From the NCBI GenBank assembly GCA_030700105.1, contig JAUYKG010000016.1:2863-66862 (forward strand): DNA of 64,000 bases, given 5' to 3'. The notes under the pieces were generated by a model. That model saw only the letters and a list, made by a program, of their open reading frames with translations. It was not told the origin of the DNA and searched no databases. This DNA comes from Candidatus Veblenbacteria bacterium. Its GTDB lineage: Bacteria > Patescibacteriota > Patescibacteriia > Veblenbacterales > UBA10138. Made by a program: the position numbers and the translations under genes. Shown piece after piece: positions 41,913-51,527 of this stretch; positions within the stretch are counted from its first letter, which is position 1, and the number at the start of each line of letters is the position of its first letter.

Positions 41913-43370
41913 ATGGAACTAGTCCCCGTTATTGGTTTGGAAATACACGTTCAGCTTAAGACCAAGTCCAAAATGTTCTGCCCGTGCGACAACACGGGCG
42001 AGGACAAGCCTGCCAATACCACCATTTGCCCGGTGTGTATGGGGCACCCAGGCACCTTGCCGGTACCGAATGCCGAGGCTATTAGCATGGCCGTGCGGGC
42101 GGCCTTGGCACTGAATTTTAAGGTTAATACCCGCTCCAAGTTCGACCGCAAGAACTACTTTTATCCCGATTTGCCCAAGGGTTATCAAATCTCCCAGTAC
42201 GACGAGCCGTTGGCCCAAGAGGGCTACCTGGAGGTGGAGGCCAGTCAGGGGCTAAGCAGGGTTGAGCTGGAACGGCTACACTTGGAGGAGGATACGGCTA
42301 AGCTCACGCACCAAGGTAAGAAGTCTTTAGTGGATTTCAACCGTGCTGGCACGCCCTTAATGGAAATAGTTACCAAGCCAGAGATTAAAAATCCGGAAGA
42401 GGCTAAGATATTCTTGCAGGAACTCAGGCTGATTATGCGCTACGTTGGAGCCTCTGATGCAGATATGGAAAAGGGGCACTTACGGTGCGATGCCAACATA
42501 TCTTTACACCCCAAGGGTGAGGACAAGCTATACCCCAAGACCGAGATTAAGAACCTAAATTCTTTTCGGGCTGTGGAAAAGGCTTTGCAGTATGAGGTTA
42601 AGAGGCAGGGTGAATTGTGGCGTAAAGGAGAAGCGCCTGCAATTACAGCTACACGCGGCTGGGACGAGGCTAAGGGCGAAACCGTACCGCAGCGAGAAAA
42701 AGAGGCCGTGCACGATTACCGCTATTTTCCTGAGCCGGATATTCCGCCACTCGTTATAGACCAGAAAAAAGTAGAGGAGTGGCGCGCGGAACTTCCCGAA
42801 CTGCCAGCTGATAGGCGCCGGCGCTGGCAGGTAACTTACGACACCAAACCTGCCGATGCTCGGCTATTAACGGAAGACAAGGCTTTGGGCGATTTTGCCG
42901 AGCATGTGATAGTTGAATTGGCGGCTGAGGTCGAAGGCAGTTTAGGACCAACCGCTAAGCTAGCGGTGAACTGGATCGTGCACAAGCTTACTGAAGTATT
43001 GCGGGAGCGTGGCTTGGCGGTTAACCAGCTGCCGTTCACAGTGAGCCAGTTTGTGGCGTTCCTGTTGCTAGTGTCGCGTCGGCAGGTGAATTCTACGAAC
43101 GGGCAGCTTCTCTTGCGGCGTATGGTGGAAACCGGGCACGACCCCGAGGTAATTATGGCCGAGGAGGACCTGGCTCAAGCCGCTGGCGGCGAGGGCCTAG
43201 CCGAGGCGGTTACCAGGGTGGTGAACGCTCACGCTGAGCAAGTTCAGGATTATCACAAAGGAAAAACAGCCTTGCTTAAGTTCTTTGTTGGTTTGGTGAT
43301 GAAGGAGCTTAAAGGTAAGGCCGATCCTCAGGAAATAGAGCAGGAGTTCAAGAACCAGCTTGGTGCTTAG
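41913..43370 (+). CDS. gatB: Asp-tRNA(Asn)/Glu-tRNA(Gln) amidotransferase subunit B
   Basis: IGLEIHVQL, FDRKNYFYPDLPKGYQISQ, DYRYFPEPD. Confidence 0.98.
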   Translation: MELVPVIGLEIHVQLKTKSKMFCPCDNTGEDKPANTTICPVCMGHPGTLPVPNAEAISMAVRAALALNFKVNTRSKFDRKNYFYPDLPKGYQISQYDEPLAQEGYLEVEASQGLSRVELERLHLEEDTAKLTHQGKKSLVDFNRAGTPLMEIVTKPEIKNPEEAKIFLQELRLIMRYVGASDADMEKGHLRCDANISLHPKGEDKLYPKTEIKNLNSFRAVEKALQYEVKRQGELWRKGEAPAITATRGWDEAKGETVPQREKEAVHDYRYFPEPDIPPLVIDQKKVEEWRAELPELPADRRRRWQVTYDTKPADARLLTEDKALGDFAEHVIVELAAEVEGSLGPTAKLAVNWIVHKLTEVLRERGLAVNQLPFTVSQFVAFLLLVSRRQVNSTNGQLLLRRMVETGHDPEVIMAEEDLAQAAGGEGLAEAVTRVVNAHAEQVQDYHKGKTALLKFFVGLVMKELKGKADPQEIEQEFKNQLGA

Positions 43371-44322
43371 CTTGTTTAAGCCAGGTTCGGGTAAGTGCGA
43401 TGGCTGGGGGTGAACTGTTTATCCAGTGCACACTGGGTAAGCGTTTAAACCAGGTTACTTGCCGCTTGGCATATTGCCAGGTGTGGGAGATAATTTGTTG
43501 TTCGGCTTCGATACGGCTTATTGAGCCACTGAGAAAGGCAGATACTTCGCGGTAACCAATTGATTGGAGTAGGGGAGAGTGTGGGAATTTTTTTTTAAGA
43601 TAGCGCACCTCTTGTGCCAGGCCTTGGTTGAACATTTTTTTGGTGCGCCTTGTAATATTACGGCGTAGAGTTGCTTTACTTGGTGCCAGGCCTAAGATGA
43701 GCGTGTTGGGCCTTGGTTGGTGCTGCTGAGCTTGGGTAAAGGAACTACCGGTGCTCATAACGTGTTCCAGAGCGCGGATGAGGCGCCGGCGGTTCGCACG
43801 GTCAATTACGCGCCAGGTAGCGGGGTCTGCCTGTTTAAGCTTTTTTTGCAACGCAGCGGTGCTAAGTCGGTCCAACGAAGCTCGCAGTTTTAGGTTTGGT
43901 TTGCCTGGGGGAAAGCGATAGCCCTCTACCACTGCGGACACGTACAGCATTGTGCCGCCAACTAGAATTGGCAACTGGCCAATAGCAAATAGCTTAGAAC
44001 AGAGTTTGTTTACCTCTGCCTGAAACCGTACCGCTGAATATTGTTTGTTGGGCGAGAGTGTGTTAATAAAAAAGTGTGGTACCCCTTGCACAACATAAAG
44101 CTTTTTCACTCTTAAAACCTCTTTCCGTTTGCCAGTGGCTATATGCCAGTGGCCATTTGGCTGGTTAGTGCCGATTTTGGCGTGCCGGTACATCTGCTGA
44201 GAATCAGCCGAAATCACCGCACCATCCAGCTTTTTGGCTAGCTTAAGCGCCAGGGCGCTTTTGCCACTGGTAGTAGGGCCGATTATTGCTATAAGTGGGG
44301 GGTTGACAGAACTATAATTCAC
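43348..44322 (-). CDS. miaA: tRNA dimethylallyltransferase
   Basis: GPTTSGKS, ISADS, VGGT.LY, IGYRE, YAKRQ.TWF. Confidence 0.95.
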   Translation of the reverse strand: MNYSSVNPPLIAIIGPTTSGKSALALKLAKKLDGAVISADSQQMYRHAKIGTNQPNGHWHIATGKRKEVLRVKKLYVVQGVPHFFINTLSPNKQYSAVRFQAEVNKLCSKLFAIGQLPILVGGTMLYVSAVVEGYRFPPGKPNLKLRASLDRLSTAALQKKLKQADPATWRVIDRANRRRLIRALEHVMSTGSSFTQAQQHQPRPNTLILGLAPSKATLRRNITRRTKKMFNQGLAQEVRYLKKKFPHSPLLQSIGYREVSAFLSGSISRIEAEQQIISHTWQYAKRQVTWFKRLPSVHWINSSPPAIALTRTWLKQAKHQAGS

Positions 44323-44407
44323 AGCTATAGTGTATGATTAAGCAACAGATAATTCAAAATTTTTAAATAATAAACAAAATAATAACAATAAAATGTGAGG
44401 TTAAAAA

Positions 44408-44794
44408 ATGAATAAAAAAACAAGTATCCTTTTGGTTGATAGTGAGGAATGCATTAGATCAGTGTATTCTGAGCTGTTGAAAGACGCCGGCTTTGAGGTT
44501 CAAACTGCGGTCAGCGGTAGAGATGTTCTACATAATTTTACTGAGCCATACCCTGATATGGTAATAACCGATGTTATTAATCCGGATATGAATGGTCTCT
44601 ACTTTGCTGGAGCACTTAGAAAGCTGAGGTATACAGGATTAATAATTATTTTTTCAGGGGAAGAAAAAGAAGAGCTCGTTGATTTGAGCAAAAAGCTAGG
44701 CATTAACGTTAGCGCAGTCTTTGAAAAGACTGCAGATATCAATAAAATGATAAAAGAAATTGTAAACTTGGCGCAGGTAGAACAACCTGCTTAA
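44408..44794 (+). CDS. Stand-alone response regulator receiver domain
   Basis: ILLVD, PDMVITD..PDMNG, IIIFSG, conserved K. Confidence 0.85.
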   Translation: MNKKTSILLVDSEECIRSVYSELLKDAGFEVQTAVSGRDVLHNFTEPYPDMVITDVINPDMNGLYFAGALRKLRYTGLIIIFSGEEKEELVDLSKKLGINVSAVFEKTADINKMIKEIVNLAQVEQPA

Positions 44795-44806
44795 ATAAGG
44801 ATTATA

Positions 44807-44850
44807 TGCCGTCGGTCATTTATAATAATGGCTGACGGTAATTTTTTTTT
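44807..44850. terminator. Terminator between the convergent receiver gene and thrS
   Basis: TGCCGTCGGTCATT/AATGGCTGACGGTA plus T-run. Confidence 0.8.
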
Positions 44851-44852
44851 AC

Positions 44853-46625
44853 TTAACTTCTGCGTTCGGAGATTTCCTGCTCCAGGTCGGCGATGAATTG
44901 GGAGTTTGGAATTGAACTAATTTCTTTCACGCTCCGCTTGCGGACCGCCAGGTTACCGGATGAAATTTCCTTTTCTCCCACTACAAGGGCATATGGTATT
45001 TTTTCTTTCTCTGCTTTGCGAATCTTATTGCCAATGGTCTCATTGGCGTCGTCCATTTCCACACGAATCATTTTATTCCGCAATTCAGTTGCCAGTTTTT
45101 CGCAATAATTCACATGGTCCACACCAACCGGCAGGAGCTTTACCTGCACGGGCGCGAGCCAGGTGGGGAAAGCGCCGCCGTAGTGTTCTATCAAAAAGCC
45201 GATAAAGCGTTCGTGGGTGCCGAGGGGTGCACGGTGGATACAGAGCGGAGTTTTATTGGCCCCACCCTTGTCCACGTAGGTTAGGCCAAAACGTTTGGGC
45301 TGGGCAAAGTCCACCTGGTTCGTAGCAATGGCGAATTCGCGGCCAATGGAACTCCATACCTGAACATCTATCTTGGGGCCGTAGAAGGCGGCTTCGTCCG
45401 CCACTTCGGTAAAGTTCACGCCTGATTCTTGCATAGTGCGCCGTACTAGGTCCTCGGTTTCCTGCCAGAGCTGGGGTTCGTTCACATACTTCTTACCCAA
45501 ACCTTCGGGCGAATGGGTGGAAAGCTGCATAACGTACTTGCTGATGCCAAAGAGCTTGAAGTAGTTCAGATACATATCGTTCACCGCCTTAAATTCTTCT
45601 GCGAACTGTTCGGCAGTCAGGTAAATGTGGGCGTCGTTCATACTGAGCATTCTGACGCGCATAAGGCCAAAGAGCTCGCCTGATTTTTCGTAGCGGTAGA
45701 CCGTGCCATACTCGGCTAATCTGAGGGGCAGATCGCGGTAGCTCCTTGGTTCGGCGGCGTAGACCTGGTGGTGGTGCGGGCAGTTCATAGCCTTGAGGTA
45801 GTACGTTGTCTGATTACCATCTTCATCCATTACCATGGGTGGAAACATAGTGTCAGCATAGTAGGGCAGGTGGCCGGAAGTTTTGTACATTGATTCTTTG
45901 GCAATGTGCGGGGTGCGAATGATCTTATACCCGGCTTTGAATTCGGTTTCCTTGGCTAGCTTTTCCAGCTCTTCTGTTATTACGGCGCCATTCGGGAGCC
46001 AGAGGGGCATGCCTGGGCCTACGTAGTCGGAGAAGGTAAACAGCTTAAGCTCCTTACCCAGTTTACGGTGGTCCCTTTTAGCTGCTTCTTCTCGTTGGCT
46101 TAAATACTCTGCCAGTTCTTTTTTCGTTTCAAAAGCCAGGCCGTAAATGCGGGTGAGCATTTTGTTCTTTTCGTCCCCGCGCCAGTAGGCGCCGGCTAGG
46201 CGGTCCAGTTTCCAGGAGTCCGTTTTGATTTCCTTCATACTCTCGGCATGTCCGCCGCGGCACAGGTCGGTGAATCCGCCGGTTGGCGGACCAGAGGTAT
46301 AGGTGGAGAGCCTTTGCCCTTCCTGGGCGAATTCGGCTATTAGCTCCAGCTTGTAAGGGTTATCTTTGAACATCTCTTTAGTTTCTGCGACCGAGCGTTC
46401 CTCGCGCTCGAAACCACTCCAGCTCGGGAGGGTTTCCCGCATTTTATCCTCAATGCGTTGTAGATCGTCCACGCTCACCTTGTCTTGGCCGAAGTCAAAA
46501 TCGTAATAGAACCCGTCTTCAATAGCAGGGCCGATAGTGCGCTTGGCCTCGGGGTACAGTTCTTGCACCGCCGCGGCCAGGAGGTGGGCCAGAGAATGTT
46601 TTTTAGCTTCAAGGGAAGATGGCAT
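44853..46625 (-). CDS. thrS: Threonine-tRNA ligase (lacks the TGS domain)
   Basis: HS.AHLL, DLCRG.H, GAYWRGD, RDHRKLG, AMNCP, AAFYGPKID. Confidence 0.98.
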   Translation of the reverse strand: MPSSLEAKKHSLAHLLAAAVQELYPEAKRTIGPAIEDGFYYDFDFGQDKVSVDDLQRIEDKMRETLPSWSGFEREERSVAETKEMFKDNPYKLELIAEFAQEGQRLSTYTSGPPTGGFTDLCRGGHAESMKEIKTDSWKLDRLAGAYWRGDEKNKMLTRIYGLAFETKKELAEYLSQREEAAKRDHRKLGKELKLFTFSDYVGPGMPLWLPNGAVITEELEKLAKETEFKAGYKIIRTPHIAKESMYKTSGHLPYYADTMFPPMVMDEDGNQTTYYLKAMNCPHHHQVYAAEPRSYRDLPLRLAEYGTVYRYEKSGELFGLMRVRMLSMNDAHIYLTAEQFAEEFKAVNDMYLNYFKLFGISKYVMQLSTHSPEGLGKKYVNEPQLWQETEDLVRRTMQESGVNFTEVADEAAFYGPKIDVQVWSSIGREFAIATNQVDFAQPKRFGLTYVDKGGANKTPLCIHRAPLGTHERFIGFLIEHYGGAFPTWLAPVQVKLLPVGVDHVNYCEKLATELRNKMIRVEMDDANETIGNKIRKAEKEKIPYALVVGEKEISSGNLAVRKRSVKEISSIPNSQFIADLEQEISERRS

Positions 46626-46634
46626 AGTTTTACA

Positions 46635-46817
46635 AATAAATAACCCAAACGACTACGAGTCATTTGGGTCCCAATGGATAAAAGGGAGGTTCCACCCAAG
46701 TTTCCGCCACTTGGCGGACGCTCTCAAATTGTCTGTACGCTTAGGCCCAAGGTAGCTCGGGCGCCCCACTGGCTAAGCTCGGGGCAGGCAGTTGGTAGCC
46801 GCCGCAGTCGTGTACAG
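46635..46817 (-). promoter_or_regulatory. T-box riboswitch upstream of thrS
   Basis: Antiterminator UUGGG-UGGAACC-UCCC…GGGA-CCCAA; overlapping terminator ACCCAAAUGAC/GUCGUUUGGGU+UAUUU; stem III upstream. Confidence 0.85.
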
Positions 46818-46853
46818 GTTAAAAGTACTTCAACCGGAGGCTTTTAGTCAAGA

Positions 46854-48005
46854 TTACTTAAGTTGCAGAGTAATGTGGCTTTCTACTGTTGGTACAGAAC
46901 CCACCCAGAACGGCGATAGCTCAACTTCCACATTCTTAACCCCAGGAATGCCGCTAAAGTAATTCTGTACCTCTTCCGGTGTGCGGCCCAAGAGGTCGCT
47001 GGCGCGAAATAACTTGTCGGGTTCGGTGATTACTACCTGGGCCAGGAATTTCACCTTTAGCATAGCGCTGGTAAGGTCGCCAGCCACGCTATCAATACTA
47101 ACGGCTAGGCTCTCGGGTTCAAGGTTTAGTATTTTGCGACCAGAAGAAAGGTCGGCTTGGAGCTTGCTGAGGGCGTGCTCTCTCAAGTTGTCAGGATCAT
47201 AAAATACGGCAGTTACCTTGACCGTAACCGTGTAGGTGAACTGGTTGTTTTTGGAATTGGCCGGCACGTCGGATTCGGCTTTGGTGGTTTCATTCTTGTA
47301 TACCACGTTGAGATTGCGCTTGTCCTCGGGTAGTTGTTCACGGAGCTTAGAGAGCGCCTGTGGAACCATAATGTCGGTTAGGCTCTTGCGTGCCGCGTCG
47401 AGGTCGAGCGGTGTAATGGAGGTGGAGCCAGTTTTGGGCAACCGGCGCATAGGCTCGTTTGATTCAGCGTGGATTACTTGTTGTAGTTGAGGTCGTAAGC
47501 CCGGAATAGTAAAGCTCGTGGGTCCAATGGCACTGGCCTCACCCACTTGGTCGGCCACTACTCCCACGTTCTCCAGTTTGCCGTTCGCTGGTACGGTAAC
47601 GGTTTCCCGTAGGCGGAAGAGTACGCCCTGGGGCGAAAGTAGCCGGGTGGTGGCGATGAGGGTTTGCGGAGTAGTGTGGGTACTCACGATGGTAACCGTA
47701 CCGGCAGCCCTTTCTTCCAGTTCACCCGAGGGGCTGGCGGGAAATGTTTTGGATTGGGTGACCTCTGTTTCTATAATAGTGCCTGTTACTTCACCCGCTT
47801 CGCTGTACTGTTTAAGCTCGATGGTTGTGTCCATTACCATACTGTCGGGTGATACCTCAAGGGTTACGGTGGCGTGGGCCAGGGAGTAGTAGAGCACGAG
47901 CAACACCACCGCCACAACGGCGCCGGCAAAAGTCACTACGATGCGGCGCATCGGCCGGCTGGCCCCGCGACCCTGTTCGTTCGTCTGAGTTGTGCGTTTA
48001 GTCAT
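46854..48005 (-). CDS. Single-TM hypothetical protein with a baseplate-J/gp47-like domain (CPR type)
   Basis: A.GTVTI…QTLIATTRL.SP.G.LFRL…FTIPGL; SPFWV..VP. Confidence 0.65.
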   Translation of the reverse strand: MTKRTTQTNEQGRGASRPMRRIVVTFAGAVVAVVLLVLYYSLAHATVTLEVSPDSMVMDTTIELKQYSEAGEVTGTIIETEVTQSKTFPASPSGELEERAAGTVTIVSTHTTPQTLIATTRLLSPQGVLFRLRETVTVPANGKLENVGVVADQVGEASAIGPTSFTIPGLRPQLQQVIHAESNEPMRRLPKTGSTSITPLDLDAARKSLTDIMVPQALSKLREQLPEDKRNLNVVYKNETTKAESDVPANSKNNQFTYTVTVKVTAVFYDPDNLREHALSKLQADLSSGRKILNLEPESLAVSIDSVAGDLTSAMLKVKFLAQVVITEPDKLFRASDLLGRTPEEVQNYFSGIPGVKNVEVELSPFWVGSVPTVESHITLQLK

Positions 48006-48053
48006 AAGCCTCCTTAGTAACGTAGTTTAGTATAGCAAAAATAGTCTTTTAGT

Positions 48054-51000
48054 TCACGCTGGAAGAGCCGGCCCTAGACTGCTGGGCCCCAGGAGTTCTT
48101 GGCAGGCCTTCATGAAGGCCGGTGTTACTGCCACCCGGTAGTTGGTAGATACCAGTTTGGCTTGGCCTGTGTGCGTAAGATCAAGTACTACTGGTTGTGT
48201 GCCAGGGAACTGTTGGAGAAGGTGTTGAAGCTCTTTTATAGTGAGGGAGGTTGCCTGCGGCGGTAGGTGAATGACAAGTTCGTCTTCGGCCTGTGTTTGC
48301 TGTCGCGTTGGTGGGGCTGTCCACTGCGCCAGGGATTGTGCTGCGTCGGCCGGGGAGGAGAGGGGTGTAACTGATTGCACGATTACCTTACTTCCCCCAT
48401 CTCGTTTGCTCAGCCGACCGCGTACCGCCACAATGGTATCTGTAGCCAGTTTTCCACGTTCGTCGCGGTAGGTGTTGGGGAAAACAACCAGCTCGGTGCT
48501 ACCTGTGAGGTCCTCCAGACCTATGAAGCACATAGGCTCACCCTTTTTGGTGGTGATGGCTTTCAGTGAGGTAATGAGCCCTGCTACCGTAATCACTGGC
48601 TCACCTGTTAGCTTGTCGAGCTCAATGAGCGGCACCGTAGCGCTACTGAGTGCTTGGGCGTATTCACGAAAAGGGTGTTCGGTAACATAGAGCCCGAGCA
48701 ATTCCCGCTCCCAGCTCAGCCGTTCACGTTGGTTAGTGGGTGGAGTTTCTGGCAGTTTAAGTGCCATTTTGCCAGTTTCAGCGTGTTCACCGAACAAGCT
48801 CGTCTGCTGGGCATCGCGCGCCTGGCTCGCTTTCTTGGCGTGTGCTAAGAGCATATCCATAGCCATGAGTAGTTGGCTCCGCTCGGGGTGTAGGCTATCC
48901 AAGGCCCCGCACTTAATAAGGCTTTCCAGGGATTTTTTGGTGAATTCACGTCTGGCTGTGCGTTCCAGGAAGTTAGTAAGTGAGGTGAACGGGCCGTTGA
49001 TTTTACGCTCCTCGATAATTGCCTCAATCACCTGTGCGCCGAGGTTCTTAATGGCTGTTAAGCCGAAACGAATGCAGGAATCGTTCACCACGGTGAAGGT
49101 AGCCAGGCTCTCGTTTGTGTCGGGCGGCAGTACGGTGATGCTAAGGCGTTTACACTCGGCCACGGCCTGCGCCACGGTATCGAGATCTCCCGATTCAGCC
49201 GTCATGAGCGCGGCCATAAATTCGGTAGGGAAGTTGGCTTTCAGGTAGGCGGTTTGGTAGGCTACGATGCCATAGGAGGCAGCGTGGGCTTTGTTGAATC
49301 CGTAGGCGGCGAATGGTTCAATTAATTCCCAAAGCTTATTGGCCTTGGTTTCAGATAGCCCGCCGACAATGCAGCCGGAAATGAATTTTTCTTTTTGGCG
49401 GGACATCTCGCGGAGGATCTTTTTGCCCATGGCTTTGCGGAGCTTATCCGCTTCTTCCCAGGTGTAGCCCGCCAGCTTGATTGCTATCATTAAGACATCG
49501 TCCTGGTAGGTAATAATTCCGTAGGAATCTTTCAGGATATCCTTAAGCCGAGGGTCGAGGTAGGTGATTGTCTTAGGGTTGTGCTTGCGTTTAATGAAGT
49601 CGGGAATGGAATCCATTGGCCCAGGGCGGAAGAGCGCCACCATGGCCATGACGTCGGTAATGGTGGTTGGTTTGAGCTCCTTAAGGTAACGGGTCATGCC
49701 ACTGCCGCCCAACTGGAACATACCCATAGTCTCTCCTCGCGCCATGAGCTCGAACGTCTTTTTGTCGTTTAAGGGTATAGTGTCGAGATCAATATCCAGA
49801 CCTTTTGTTTTTTTAATGATGTTGATGGCGCTGCCCATGATGGAGAGGTTGCGAATACCCAGGAAGTCCATCTTCACCAGGCCCACATCCTCACACGACC
49901 ACATGTCGTACTGAGTGATAATGTGTTTGCCTTCCGCATCGTACTGGAGCGGCGCATAGTCCGTGAGGGGCGTAGGCGCGATCACGACACCGGCGGCGTG
50001 AATGGAAGCGTGACGCACACATCCCTCCACTTTTTGAGCGAGTATGAGCAGCTCACTAACCTGCGGGTCGGTTTCGGTGAGGTTCTTGAGTTCGGGTGTC
50101 TCTCGCAAAGCGCGTTCAATGGTCATGTGAAAGCCTTGGCTGCCAAAGGGGATGAGCTTAGCCACGCGATCACAGAGTCCGTAGGGTAACCCTAAGGCGC
50201 GACCCACGTCGCGCGCGGCCGCGCGCGCGGCCATGGTGCCGAAGGTGACTATTTGTCCCACCTGGTCTACGCCGTACTTGGCCGTAACGTAGGCAATCAC
50301 CTCATCGCGGCGGTTATCAGCAAAGTCCATGTCGATATCGGGTGGTGAGGGTCGGTGCGGATTCAAGAACCGTTCGAACGGCAGCTGGTAGGTGAGTGGG
50401 TTCACAGTGGTAATACCAATGAGGTAGGAAACGAGTGATCCGGCCGCTGAGCCGCGGGTGGTCGCTATGATGCGTTGAGCCCTGGCCCAGTTCACGAAAT
50501 CAGCCACCACCAAGAAGTAGCTGGCGTAGCCTTTCTTGGTAATAATGTCCATTTCGTATTCTAATCGTTCTCGTATCTCCTCGCTCACCCCATTAGAGAA
50601 ATGGTCAGCCAGCCCCCGTTCGGCTTGTAATCGCAGGTACGCTTCGGGTGTTTCGCCCTGAGGGGTGGGGAAGCTTGGGAAAAAGCGCTGCCCTAAAGGC
50701 AGCTCCACGTTCAGCTTGTCCGCTAATTCACCCGATTGCTCTATGGCGTCCATGAAGTCGGGTAGCTCTTGCCGCATGACCGCCTCCGTCTTGAGAGAAG
50801 TGTCTAAGCCGCGCATATCAAGACGTTTATCGTCCGTTACCTTTTTGCCGGTTTGTATGCAAACCAGGATATCCTGCGCCTCTTTGTCCGAACTCTCTAA
50901 GTAGTGGCTGTCGTTTGTGGCCACCAGCGGCAGGCTTAGCTCCTTGCCGAGGCGTCGTAGAGCCTGGTTGAGTTCGCCTTGCGCCTCAAGCTCGGGGTGG

Positions 51001-51527
51001 GCTTGTACCTCAAGGTAGAAATTACCTTCGCCGAAGGTGGAGAGGTACCATTGGCTAAGCTCGCGCGCACGCGCTTCATCACCCGTCCGCAGAGCTTGAG
51101 GAATCTCACCTTTTAGGCAGCTCGATAGTGCCACCAGGCCATCGTGGTACTTCAAGAGCGCCTCGTGGTCTACGCGGGGTTTGTAGTAAAAGCCCTGTAG
51201 GTGCGCTAGTGTTACCAGGCGGATGAGGTTGCGGTATCCTTCCAGCGAATACGCTAATAGCACGAGGTGGTGGGCAGCATCGTCCAGCTTGGATTGTTTG
51301 TCCGTGAGCTTACGCGGGGCCACGTAGGTTTCCACACCCAATATTGGCTTAAGCTCTTGGCTGCGGCACTCTTTGTAAAACTCCACTATGCCGTACATGG
51401 CGCCATGGTCGGTGAGCGCCAACGATTGGAAACCCTTGGCCTTGGCGCTCTGTACCAGGTCGGGTATCTTGGGCAGACCATCCAAGAGTGAGTAGTGGCT
51501 ATGTACGTGGAGATGTGTAAAAGACAT
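48054..51527 (-). CDS. dnaE: DNA polymerase III alpha subunit
   Basis: FTHLHVHSHYSLLDG, RGSAAGS, PDIDMDF, KMDFLG, YGFNKAH; start at ATG 51527. Confidence 0.98.
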   Translation of the reverse strand: MSFTHLHVHSHYSLLDGLPKIPDLVQSAKAKGFQSLALTDHGAMYGIVEFYKECRSQELKPILGVETYVAPRKLTDKQSKLDDAAHHLVLLAYSLEGYRNLIRLVTLAHLQGFYYKPRVDHEALLKYHDGLVALSSCLKGEIPQALRTGDEARARELSQWYLSTFGEGNFYLEVQAHPELEAQGELNQALRRLGKELSLPLVATNDSHYLESSDKEAQDILVCIQTGKKVTDDKRLDMRGLDTSLKTEAVMRQELPDFMDAIEQSGELADKLNVELPLGQRFFPSFPTPQGETPEAYLRLQAERGLADHFSNGVSEEIRERLEYEMDIITKKGYASYFLVVADFVNWARAQRIIATTRGSAAGSLVSYLIGITTVNPLTYQLPFERFLNPHRPSPPDIDMDFADNRRDEVIAYVTAKYGVDQVGQIVTFGTMAARAAARDVGRALGLPYGLCDRVAKLIPFGSQGFHMTIERALRETPELKNLTETDPQVSELLILAQKVEGCVRHASIHAAGVVIAPTPLTDYAPLQYDAEGKHIITQYDMWSCEDVGLVKMDFLGIRNLSIMGSAINIIKKTKGLDIDLDTIPLNDKKTFELMARGETMGMFQLGGSGMTRYLKELKPTTITDVMAMVALFRPGPMDSIPDFIKRKHNPKTITYLDPRLKDILKDSYGIITYQDDVLMIAIKLAGYTWEEADKLRKAMGKKILREMSRQKEKFISGCIVGGLSETKANKLWELIEPFAAYGFNKAHAASYGIVAYQTAYLKANFPTEFMAALMTAESGDLDTVAQAVAECKRLSITVLPPDTNESLATFTVVNDSCIRFGLTAIKNLGAQVIEAIIEERKINGPFTSLTNFLERTARREFTKKSLESLIKCGALDSLHPERSQLLMAMDMLLAHAKKASQARDAQQTSLFGEHAETGKMALKLPETPPTNQRERLSWERELLGLYVTEHPFREYAQALSSATVPLIELDKLTGEPVITVAGLITSLKAITTKKGEPMCFIGLEDLTGSTELVVFPNTYRDERGKLATDTIVAVRGRLSKRDGGSKVIVQSVTPLSSPADAAQSLAQWTAPPTRQQTQAEDELVIHLPPQATSLTIKELQHLLQQFPGTQPVVLDLTHTGQAKLVSTNYRVAVTPAFMKACQELLGPSSLGPALPA

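Noticed and set aside
46854..48005. Prophage or contractile injection system from the baseplate-J-like domain
   Set aside because: Solitary membrane-anchored gene with no other phage genes; this type is common in CPR chromosomes.
48054..51527. Intein in DnaE (also checked GyrB and the helicase)
   Set aside because: Lengths are normal and no C…HN or LAGLIDADG blocks are visible.
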